Assembly (NCBI GenBank): GCA_964454175.1
Contig: CAYVSA010000003.1
Coordinates: 1-23,899, forward strand
Length of the DNA: 23,899 nt
Direction: 5' to 3'
From: an uncultured Pseudomonadota bacterium
Lineage (GTDB): Bacteria > BMS3Abin14
This document shows positions 9,752 to 18,005 of the stretch, piece after piece. Within the stretch, counting starts at the first letter, position 1, and each line of letters begins with the position of its first letter. The position numbers and the translations under genes are program-made. The notes under the pieces are model-generated. The model had not been told where the DNA came from and did no database searches. It saw only the letters and a list, made by a program, of their open reading frames with translations.

Positions 9752-9790
9752 AATTAAGTTTTTGTACCTCATGCCTGATAAAAGGTTCCA

Positions 9791-9940
9791 TATGTGGAGT
9801 ATATGGAGTTGGATTTCAAGTTTCAAGGTTGGGTTTAGAACATTAGAGCATTAGAAATTAAGTTGAATTGCATTTACCAATTACTAATCACCAATTACCA
9901 ATCACTCGTCACGTTGGACATTGGACGTTGGGCGTTGGGC
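9791..9940. repeat. Cluster of short tandem 7-9-nt repeats
   Basis: TATRTGGAG x2 (9791-9808), TTTCAAG x2 (9814-9827), TTAGARMW x3 (9835-9858), TYACYAA x4 (9874-9901), RCRTTGG x4 (9911-9938). Confidence 0.8.
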
Positions 9941-9984
9941 GCAGACCGGACTTCGGTCTTGTGCCGGGGAGAGGAGGGCAAGAC

Positions 9985-10986
9985 TTGAACCCGATTATTT
10001 ACGCTGCGAGTTTTGCCGTTTCTCTGGGTATTTCTCTTGCCCTGACGCCGTGGATCTCCGCGACGGCGACGCGCATAGGTCTCGTGGATATGCCCGACGG
10101 CCAACTGAAAAAGCACGTAGAGCCGGTGCCTTATCTGGGAGGCCTGTCTGTCTTCGTAGGTTTCCTGGTGGGGTTGTCCGTATTTTTCCGGTTTGACAGG
10201 GAAGTACTTGCTGTCCTTCTTGGGGGGACTCTCATTCTTTTGTTGGGGCTCCTTGATGACATGGGTGATTTCCCAGCCAGGACCAAACTCCTGGGGCAGG
10301 CCCTTGCCGTCCTCATCGTAATGAGGGCGGGTGTAGGTATCAAGATCACTTTCCTGCCGGTATATATTGCTCTGCCGCTCTCCTTTTTTTGGCTGCTCGG
10401 TCTTACCAATGCTTTTAACCTCATCGATATCATGGATGGGCTTTCCGCAGGGGTGGCTGCTGTAGGGTGCATTTTCCTGTTTGTTCTCTCTATTTCTGCG
10501 GGGCAATCGGGCGTGGCCCTCATGGTTGCCTGTCTTGCAGGCTCTCTCCTGGGATTTTTACGCTTCAATTTCAAGCCGGCGAAAATCTACCTGGGAGATG
10601 CCGGCAGCCTCTTTATCGGCTTTATGCTGGGCGCCCTGAGCCTTATCGGGGTCTATGCAAGAAAAAACCCTGTGGCCCTTCTGGCGCCGCTCCTCATACT
10701 GGGTGTCCCTATTTTCGACACGCTGTTCGTTATCCTGATCCGCTACCGGAGAGGTGTACCGGTTATGTGGGGAAGCCCCGATCACGTTGCTCTAAGGCTT
10801 CGCAAGTGGAGGCTTTCTGTTTTTCAGACCGTTATCCTGAGTTATGCAGTATCGGCACTGCTTGGTTTTCTGGCGCTGGTGATGGTTTTCGGCAGTCAGA
10901 AAGCAGCCCTGATAGTAATCGCGTGTGTCAGCGCCGTCACGTTGGCGACGGCCTTGTGGCTTAAAAGGATAGATATGACGCTCTGA
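9985..10986 (+). CDS. Polyprenyl-phosphate N-acetylhexosamine-1-phosphate transferase (WecA/TagO/MraY family)
   Basis: PYLGG, GLLDD, NAFNLIDIMDGL, NFKPAKIYLGDAGS and PIFDT motifs. Start moved to TTG 9985 (GGAGG at 9973-9977); the ORF-track extension from 9868 translates the repeat tract. Confidence 0.88.
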   Translation: MNPIIYAASFAVSLGISLALTPWISATATRIGLVDMPDGQLKKHVEPVPYLGGLSVFVGFLVGLSVFFRFDREVLAVLLGGTLILLLGLLDDMGDFPARTKLLGQALAVLIVMRAGVGIKITFLPVYIALPLSFFWLLGLTNAFNLIDIMDGLSAGVAAVGCIFLFVLSISAGQSGVALMVACLAGSLLGFLRFNFKPAKIYLGDAGSLFIGFMLGALSLIGVYARKNPVALLAPLLILGVPIFDTLFVILIRYRRGVPVMWGSPDHVALRLRKWRLSVFQTVILSYAVSALLGFLALVMVFGSQKAALIVIACVSAVTLATALWLKRIDMTL

Positions 10987-11057
10987 CCATACCCCGGGCG
11001 AAGATCGAAGGGAAACAGAATGGATCGTGGTTTTGCCGGGAGGAGATAGAGGATCAG

Positions 11058-13058
11058 ATGAGTGACAGCCAAAACGGGGCAGCTATTAAGCCTTCAGAGG
11101 TTTCGAGGAATTATTACGGCTGGTTTGCCGTCGCCCTGGTAGCGGTCCTGCTTGTTGCCGCCTCCAGGGTCGTGTACCCGATAAGATACCTGATCTGGCA
11201 CATCTCAGCTATTGCATGGTGGCTCGTTCTGTTGCTTTGCGCTCTTGGGCAGGGGACGTTTCTGCTGCGCCTGATAGGTGGCGAGAGGATCGAGGGGGAC
11301 CATGGCAATGATCTTGCTATAGCCCTTGGCCTCGGGCTGGGGGCCCTGTCTCTGGAGGCATTTGGCCTGGCAGCAGTTGATCTAATGAACACCAGGGTTT
11401 TGACCCTTCTGGCCCTTTTGGTCCTCACTGTCTCGGGATTGGCCGCACGGCGGCCGGCAGTGATTCTTGTCAAGGGAGCCATCAGTGAATTCAGCAGAGA
11501 TTTCAGGGAGGCTGCGGTGCCGCTCTATATCATTGCCGCGTCATCGGTGATGGTCTTTCCCTTCGTCCTTTTGCCCCCACGTTCTTTTGATGCGCTCGTG
11601 TACCACCTGGAAGTTCCCATACGCTACCTTCAGGCAGGAGGTGTCGTACAGATCAGGGAAAACCTGTATTCCTTTGCCCCGCTGCTCACGGAGATGCTCT
11701 ATGGAATTGCTCTCGGGCTGGAAGGTGTGGACCTTGCGGGCCTTGTCTACTTTTCCTTCTTCCTCCTCGTTCTCGTAACCCTCTGGCGGGGAGGCCAGGC
11801 CCGATTCGGGAACGAAGGAGGGGCCTGGACGGCTGCCTTCGTTGCTCTGACCCCTGTTTTCCTGATGGAGGTCCCTCGTGCGGGCTCTGACTGGTCAATG
11901 GTGTTTTTTATCCTCACCTCCCTGTTTTTGCTTGCGGAAGGAAAACGCGACACCAGGCGTATGGTTCTTGCCGGTGTACTTGCAGGTATGGCTGCCGGGT
12001 GCCGTCACCAGGCACTGGGCTATGCCATAGCCATCCCTTTTGCAGTTGGAATTGCTGACGACCTCATTGAAAAAAGGGGTTTGCCTTTCAGGCCATGGGG
12101 TTTATTCCTCGCAGTTTCGATCCTGGTCGCATCGCCCTGGTATATAAAAAACCTTATCATGACCGGAGACCCCATTTATCCTCTTTTTAGTTCCATTGCG
12201 GGAAAAACCGACGTGGGGCACGGCTTCGTCTCCGGTCTTGTTGGCCCGCGCCCCATATCCCTTTTATGGGATTGGCTCTTTTTCCCTTTCAGGGCTGTTT
12301 TTGACATAACCCACTATAATATGAGCTCGACCCTTGGCGTAATACCCCTGGCTCTGCTCCCGCTGCTCCCGTCCCTGAGAAAGTCGGGTTTCGGCAGCAG
12401 ATTCCTGGGCCTCTGGATGGTGTTTTCCTTCGCAGCCTGGTATCTCACCTTCAGAAGTTTCCGGTATGTCTTTCCCGTGGTGGCGGTCTTATATCTCTGG
12501 TACGGAGCTGCCCTGAGTATCGCCCTCAGTGGCAGTAAAAAGTTGAAAAAGTGGCTGCTGTCGGCCGTGTGCATCGCGCTTCTGGCTAATGCAGGGATCT
12601 TCCTTGGGCTATCAGATTTTGTGGACAAAAGTGTTGGCCCGGCCCTGGGCACCAGATCGTCTGAAAATTACCTGATGGCCACCTATGAAGTTTATCCGGC
12701 GATAAGTTACCTCAACAACCTCGATCCCCCTCCAGGAAAGGTGTTGTTCCTCGGGGAGATGCGCGGGTTTTACGCTGAGTTTCCCAGGGAAATTTCATCA
12801 CACAACGTGACAAATCGCCTGATCGAGATGGCTCGCGAAGGATTGTCACCTGACCGGATCCGATCTTCACTCGCCTCAGCAGGATTTACTCACTTGCTTG
12901 CCAACCCGTCCGAGTGGGAGAGGATGATAAACGCAGGCGAGGCCAAGTGGAGGGTAAGCACAAAGACCAAGGTCAGGATCAGGGATTTTCTGAGCAATTA
13001 CACAAAACCTGTTTTCTCCGAAAAAGGTTTAACCGTCCTGGAGTTGACCGGTGGCTGA
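11058..13058 (+). CDS. Polytopic membrane protein, probable GT-C fold (ArnT/GT39-like) lipid-carrier-dependent glycosyltransferase
   Basis: Many TM segments; loop motif FDALVYHLEVP..Y, PWYIKN...TGDPIYP and FRYVFP; soluble C-terminal domain; lies within a glycosylation block. Confidence 0.6.
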   Translation: MSDSQNGAAIKPSEVSRNYYGWFAVALVAVLLVAASRVVYPIRYLIWHISAIAWWLVLLLCALGQGTFLLRLIGGERIEGDHGNDLAIALGLGLGALSLEAFGLAAVDLMNTRVLTLLALLVLTVSGLAARRPAVILVKGAISEFSRDFREAAVPLYIIAASSVMVFPFVLLPPRSFDALVYHLEVPIRYLQAGGVVQIRENLYSFAPLLTEMLYGIALGLEGVDLAGLVYFSFFLLVLVTLWRGGQARFGNEGGAWTAAFVALTPVFLMEVPRAGSDWSMVFFILTSLFLLAEGKRDTRRMVLAGVLAGMAAGCRHQALGYAIAIPFAVGIADDLIEKRGLPFRPWGLFLAVSILVASPWYIKNLIMTGDPIYPLFSSIAGKTDVGHGFVSGLVGPRPISLLWDWLFFPFRAVFDITHYNMSSTLGVIPLALLPLLPSLRKSGFGSRFLGLWMVFSFAAWYLTFRSFRYVFPVVAVLYLWYGAALSIALSGSKKLKKWLLSAVCIALLANAGIFLGLSDFVDKSVGPALGTRSSENYLMATYEVYPAISYLNNLDPPPGKVLFLGEMRGFYAEFPREISSHNVTNRLIEMAREGLSPDRIRSSLASAGFTHLLANPSEWERMINAGEAKWRVSTKTKVRIRDFLSNYTKPVFSEKGLTVLELTGG

Positions 13059-14349
13059 TAGTCCCGTTGTTATCATTGGTGGAGGCCTGGCAGGCCTGAC
13101 AACCCTGGCAAAAATCACTCAGGCTGGTCAGGAATGCGTTCTTCTGGAAGCAGAAAACAGGGTAGGCGGTTTGTGCAGGACCGAGAAGGCTGGCGGTTTT
13201 TCCTTCGATTACACGGGGCACCTGCTCCATCTTAAGGAGGGCCAGGTACGGGATTTTGTTATGGAGCTTGTGGGGGATACGCTGGTGAATCATGCCAGGA
13301 GAGCTTCAGTTTTCACTAATGGCAAATTTGTGCCGTACCCCATTCAGGCAAATTTCGGAGCGCTTGACAAGGATACTGCAGAAAAGTGCATTGACTCTTT
13401 CAGAGCCCTGCGAGTTGAAGGGTCGGCTTGTGGTCCTGATTTTATCTCCTGGTCGAGGTCGACGTTCGGGGAAGGGCTTTCGGACATTTTCATGTTGCCC
13501 TATAACCGCAAGCTCTTCGTTCATCCCCTGGAAGAACTGGAGCCATCCTGGACGTCATGGTCTGTGCCTCGCCCCAGCGCTGAGGATATGGAACGCGCGG
13601 CAAGGGGAGAGGACACGGGGTCTTTCGGCTATAACGTTAATTTTTTATATCCATCCGAAGGCGGGATCGAGATCCTCGCCCGACGTTTGGCCAAAATCTC
13701 AGGCGACGCTGTTCAGCTAAACAGTAAAGTGACCGGTGTGAACCTTGAAAAGAAGACCCTGACGACAAGCGACGGAGAAGTCATCTCCTACAGCAGACTG
13801 ATATCGACTATGCCCCTTCCCGGCCTCCTTGGCATCATTAAGGAAAAGTCAGGATATTTCGGTGGTGCGGCAGGCAGTCTCAGGTACAGCTCTGTGCTGT
13901 CCCTGTGCATCGGTCTTGACGGCCCGGTGTCAAGAGATGAGCACTGGATCTATTTCCCCGAGGAGCGGTTTCCTTTCTACCGGGTTGGATTCCCTTCAAA
14001 CTTCTCTGGCGGTGTCGCGCCGGAGGGATGCGCGTCCATGTACGTGGAGGTGGCCCACGAGCCGTGTTCAACCCCAGACGGAAAAAAACTCCTCGCCGTT
14101 ACCATGGAACACCTGCGGGGAACCGGTATCATTCGGGAAGGAGTCGGTGTCGCTAATGAACTGATACTTCCCATTCAGTGTGCATATGTTTTCTACGATC
14201 GTTTCAGACTTGAGAATCTGCCGGGTATCCTCGAAGAACTGAAGATCGCGGGAGTCCACTCTGTCGGGCGTTATGGCGCCTGGGAATATTCTTCCATGGA
14301 AGACGCAATTTCCTGGGGGATGAGAGCCGCGGCCGAGGCACTTTCCTGA
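13051..14349 (+). CDS. FAD-dependent oxidoreductase, UDP-galactopyranose mutase-like (often auto-annotated as protoporphyrinogen oxidase-like)
   Basis: GGGLAG Rossmann motif, E....VGGLCRT, GFSFDYTGH, PYPIQ, MLPYNRK, WIYFPEERFPFYR...SNFS and GRYGAWEY; GTG start overlaps the previous gene by 8 nt. Confidence 0.7.
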   Translation: MADSPVVIIGGGLAGLTTLAKITQAGQECVLLEAENRVGGLCRTEKAGGFSFDYTGHLLHLKEGQVRDFVMELVGDTLVNHARRASVFTNGKFVPYPIQANFGALDKDTAEKCIDSFRALRVEGSACGPDFISWSRSTFGEGLSDIFMLPYNRKLFVHPLEELEPSWTSWSVPRPSAEDMERAARGEDTGSFGYNVNFLYPSEGGIEILARRLAKISGDAVQLNSKVTGVNLEKKTLTTSDGEVISYSRLISTMPLPGLLGIIKEKSGYFGGAAGSLRYSSVLSLCIGLDGPVSRDEHWIYFPEERFPFYRVGFPSNFSGGVAPEGCASMYVEVAHEPCSTPDGKKLLAVTMEHLRGTGIIREGVGVANELILPIQCAYVFYDRFRLENLPGILEELKIAGVHSVGRYGAWEYSSMEDAISWGMRAAAEALS

Positions 14350-15503
14350 TGCCGGTTCCTGTGGTTCACATCGTGACCAAGATGGAGCTGGGCGGGGCCC
14401 AGCAGGTGGCACTGGATATTCTATCAAACATGGACAACTCGCGGTTTGCTCCGATACTCGTGACTGGCCCGGAGGGGTATCTGCTGGAAGATGCGAGATC
14501 AAAAGGTTTTCCGGTGTACGTAGCAAGTCACATGGACAGGAGTATAAATCCGCTGAAGGATGCTGTGGCCGTGAGGGAGCTCAGGAGGATCATATCCGGA
14601 GTCGGGAATGCTGCTGTTGTACATACCCACAGCTCAAAGGCGGGTATCCTGGGAAGACTGGCCGCACACCGCGAAGGCATTCCAGTGGTAATGCACACAA
14701 TCCATGGTTTCGGAATTACGCCTGCGCAGAATCCGCTTGTGAGATCTGCACTCATCGCGGCCGAAAGGTATGCGTCAGGGATATCTACTCACCTTGTCGC
14801 TGTGTCAGACAGCAGCAGGATGGACGGTGTCCGCTGGGGTATTTTCGAACCGGAGAAGTGCTCGGTAATATACTGCGGTTTCGACCTGGATCCAATATAC
14901 GAAGCGGGTCCAATAAGGGATGACCTGGAGGCGGAAAACGGTATCCCCCGCGATGCGCCCCTGGTCCTGATGGTGGCATGCCTTAAACCTCAGAAAGCAC
15001 CGATGGATTTTGTGCGTATGGCTCAGTCGGTGAGGTCCCGCAGGGAGGATGTGCACTTCATGATCGCTGGGGACGGAGAACTCGGGGCCCAGATCAGGGA
15101 GGCCGCACAAAACGCCGGCCTGGGAGGGGTTTTACATCTGCTGGGGTGGAGAGATGATGTTTACAGCCTTATGAAGAGCTCAGATATTGTAGTCCTCACA
15201 TCAAGATGGGAGGGGCTCCCCCTGGTGATACCTCAGGCGCAGTCCGCTGAGCGGCCCGTAGTTGCAACAGCTGTCGACGGTTCAGTGGAGGCCATTGAAG
15301 ATGGGGTGAATGGAATTTTGTGCCCTCCCGGTGATATGGGAGCGATGGCCCGGAAGGTCCTTGATCTTCTCGGTGACCTGGAAAGTGCCCACCGTATGGG
15401 AATGGAGGGAAGAAGATCTGCGTCCCGGTTTGCCAGGGATCGCATGGTCAGGATGTACGAGGGTTTGTACGACCGTCTTCTCTCGGAAAGATATACACCC
15501 TGA
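14349..15503 (+). CDS. Glycosyltransferase family 4 (GT-B)
   Basis: GGAQ, HTHSSKAG, HTIHG, KPQKAP, LGWRDDV and SRWEGLP motifs; TGATG coupling to the upstream gene. Confidence 0.9.
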   Translation: MPVPVVHIVTKMELGGAQQVALDILSNMDNSRFAPILVTGPEGYLLEDARSKGFPVYVASHMDRSINPLKDAVAVRELRRIISGVGNAAVVHTHSSKAGILGRLAAHREGIPVVMHTIHGFGITPAQNPLVRSALIAAERYASGISTHLVAVSDSSRMDGVRWGIFEPEKCSVIYCGFDLDPIYEAGPIRDDLEAENGIPRDAPLVLMVACLKPQKAPMDFVRMAQSVRSRREDVHFMIAGDGELGAQIREAAQNAGLGGVLHLLGWRDDVYSLMKSSDIVVLTSRWEGLPLVIPQAQSAERPVVATAVDGSVEAIEDGVNGILCPPGDMGAMARKVLDLLGDLESAHRMGMEGRRSASRFARDRMVRMYEGLYDRLLSERYTP

Positions 15504-15591
15504 TGAGGCAGCGATCAGCGCCTGATATGTTCAAACAGCGGGCATCTTCTGGCGGGGATGTTCATCCGGTCAGCATGGAGGAAAAGGCAGA

Positions 15592-16362
15592 ATGTACTTT
15601 GCGGTTTTGATTTTAGTTTTTATTCTTGGGGCGGTGATCGGCAGCTTTGCCAACGTGGTCATCTATCGTCTGCCCGTGGGCGAGTCCATCGTTCGGCCCC
15701 GGTCCAGATGCCCTGGCTGTAAGACGACTATTGCCTGGTATGACAATATACCCGTATTGAGCTACCTGATCCTCCACGGACGCTGCAGGGCCTGCAGCCA
15801 CGACATCTCCTGGAGGTATCCCGCGGTAGAGACGGTAAACGGCCTGCTCTACCTCGGCCTGGTCATGAGGCTGGGTCTTCGGCCCTACACTGGCGTCCTC
15901 GCACTTTTCGGGACAGCCCTGTTGATCATTACCTTCATCGATCTGGATCACAGGATAATCCCGAACGTTATTAGCTTTCCCGGAATGGCTGCCGGTGTTG
16001 CTTTCAGTTTCATGCCCGGGTTTCCTGACCCTGCCGATTCCATCATAGGGCTGCTTGCTGGCGGAGGGTTTCTGTATGCAGTTGCTACAGGCTATTATCT
16101 CGTGACCAGGCGCGAGGGGATGGGGATGGGAGACGTAAAACTCCTGGGCATGATCGGTGCCTTTCTTGGCTGGCAGTCCCTTTTCGTAACGGTCATGTTT
16201 GCTGCCCTGACTGGCTCGGTCCTGGGACTTATAGCCATGAAGATAAATCGTGAGGACACAAAATACGCTGTACCCTTCGGGCCCTTTCTTTCTCTGGGCG
16301 CGATGGCCCACGTCTTTTTCGGAAGGGAGCTTATCCTGTGGTATCTGGGAAGGATGTTCTAG
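15592..16362 (+). CDS. pilD: Prepilin peptidase/N-methyltransferase PilD
   Basis: GSFANVVIYRLP, CPGC...CRAC Zn motif, IDLDH, GMGDVKL and PFGPFL. Confidence 0.96.
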   Translation: MYFAVLILVFILGAVIGSFANVVIYRLPVGESIVRPRSRCPGCKTTIAWYDNIPVLSYLILHGRCRACSHDISWRYPAVETVNGLLYLGLVMRLGLRPYTGVLALFGTALLIITFIDLDHRIIPNVISFPGMAAGVAFSFMPGFPDPADSIIGLLAGGGFLYAVATGYYLVTRREGMGMGDVKLLGMIGAFLGWQSLFVTVMFAALTGSVLGLIAMKINREDTKYAVPFGPFLSLGAMAHVFFGRELILWYLGRMF

Positions 16363-18005
16363 ACTCGATTTTCAGCAGGAAACAGCGGGGTCTCAGGTGG
16401 GAGATAATCGTGAGCCTCGGACTGCTGATGTTCGGAGGCATTGCTTTCATGGGTACCACCGCCCTGAAAGCTGCTGAAAGAGCCATTGTCATACAGAAAG
16501 TCGAGTCCCTCATCCGGGTGACGCGATCTGTTAAAGAGTCGATCACACTTGCCTGGGAAAAAGGCGATTCCGATCCCGGCTATCTCAATGCCATGGTTAA
16601 CCGCATGGTGGAGGGAATGGGCCTTTCCGACTTCGTCATTGCGGATATTGACGGGAAGATAGTCGCTCATCTGCGCCCGGAAAGTGTCGGCTCAGTGACT
16701 TCGGATCCGGGACTGCAGCGGGCATTGAAACAGCGGCGGATGGTTTCAACGGAAGAGTTTTCCGGGAAAAAACCCTTCATTCCCACTGGATCGTGGTCCT
16801 TTTCCTCGCCCCTTTACCGCGGTGAAGAAATTATTGGAGCATTTACGATCAGCTTTCCCATGGAGGATATCGGGGTGACCTTCAGGGTCCACAGAAAGAT
16901 CATACTGTCCTTTGCCCTGGCAGATGCCTTTGTAATAATTATTTTTGGCAGCTGGTTGATCGGCCGGGTGGCCATCAGGCCCCTGGTGCTCATTTCAGAA
17001 GGGGCCGCAGCTCTTGCGGCTGGGAATTACAGTTCACGTGTGAATGTGAGCGGCCCAAGGGAGATAGCTGCGCTTTCTGAAGTATTCAACTCCATGGCGG
17101 GGGAGATCGAGTCGGCTGTCCGCAAACAGGGTGAGCACCTTGCCGCACTTGAGAAGGCAAATCTGGATCTCATGGCTGCCCAGCTGGAGGTCATGCGGAA
17201 TGAAAAGCTTGCATCGGTTGGACGCCTTTCTGCGGGCATAGCGCACGAGATCGGCAATCCTCTCAGCGCTATCCTGGGCTATGCTTCCATTCTCCTCAAG
17301 GAGGAGCAGAGTGCCGAGGCAAGGGAATATCTACAGTACATCGAAAACGAAACTGAAAGGATCCAGCGGATAATTCGGGGGCTCCTCGATTTTTCGAGGC
17401 CCAGTGAGGCTACAATTGAGGCCCTGGAGGTGAACTCCCTCATAAAGTCAACCATGGACCTCGTGATCCCGCAGAATATTTTCAGCGGAGTCAGGATCGA
17501 TCTGGACATCTCCGATGACCTCCCTCCGATAAAAGGCGACCGCAGCCTCCTTTGCCAGGCACTGGTTAACGTTTTCGTAAACGGAGCTCAGGCGATGGAC
17601 GGTTCAGGTGTGCTGATCGTATCATCCTTTCTCAGGAAGCTGGATCAGGGGGAGGGCGTTGCTCCGAGGCGTCGTGCAGCAGACAGGGTGGACACCGACT
17701 TTCTTGCCCTCAGGCAGGGCATACCGGGCCTTGGTCCGCTGGGGGAGGGAGATGACGTGGTCAGTATCAGCGTGAAGGATTCGGGACCGGGGATACCGCC
17801 AGACCAGTTGAACCGTATTTTTGATCCGTTCTTTACCACCAAGGAGCCGGGGGAGGGGACGGGCCTGGGCCTGTCAATTACCTTCGGGATAATCCAGGCT
17901 CACCACGGCAGGATCTGGGCAAAGAGTGAAGCGGGAAGCGGGTCAGAGTTCATTATCGATCTGCCGGTCGAAGATATTTCAGGGAGGAAGAATGATGGAG
18001 TTTAA
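16338..18005 (+). CDS. HAMP-domain sensor histidine kinase (second pilus-locus two-component system, PilS2-like)
   Basis: Two TMs flanking a periplasmic domain, HAMP ([12 protein letters not shown]), [27 protein letters not shown] and GTGLGL; GTG start with GGGAG at 16325-16329, overlapping pilD. Confidence 0.88.
   Translation: MVSGKDVLDSIFSRKQRGLRWEIIVSLGLLMFGGIAFMGTTALKAAERAIVIQKVESLIRVTRSVKESITLAWEKGDSDPGYLNAMVNRMVEGMGLSDFVIADIDGKIVAHLRPESVGSVTSDPGLQRALKQRRMVSTEEFSGKKPFIPTGSWSFSSPLYRGEEIIGAFTISFPMEDIGVTFRVHRKIILSFALADAFVIIIFGSWLIGRVAIRPLVLISEGAAALAAGNYSSRVNVSGPREIAALSEVFNSMAGEIESAVRKQGEHLAALEKANLDLMAAQLEVMRNEKLASVGRLSAGIAHEIGNPLSAILGYASILLKEEQSAEAREYLQYIENETERIQRIIRGLLDFSRPSEATIEALEVNSLIKSTMDLVIPQNIFSGVRIDLDISDDLPPIKGDRSLLCQALVNVFVNGAQAMDGSGVLIVSSFLRKLDQGEGVAPRRRAADRVDTDFLALRQGIPGLGPLGEGDDVVSISVKDSGPGIPPDQLNRIFDPFFTTKEPGEGTGLGLSITFGIIQAHHGRIWAKSEAGSGSEFIIDLPVEDISGRKNDGV

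Noticed and set aside
9791-9940. Repeat tract as a CRISPR array or IS end
   Set aside because: Units are 7-9 nt with no spacers, and no cas or transposase gene is present.
9868-9984. N-terminal extension of the WecA-like ORF
   Set aside because: It is the translation of the tandem repeats (LPITNHQLPIT); a good RBS precedes TTG 9985.
11021-11036. TGGATCGTGGTTTTGC as a sigma54 promoter for the GT-C gene
   Set aside because: GG-to-GC spacing is 11 nt rather than the strict 10.
13051-14349. Annotation as haem-pathway protoporphyrinogen oxidase HemY
   Set aside because: Only the FAD-binding motifs are shared; context and C-terminal motifs fit a sugar mutase-like enzyme better.
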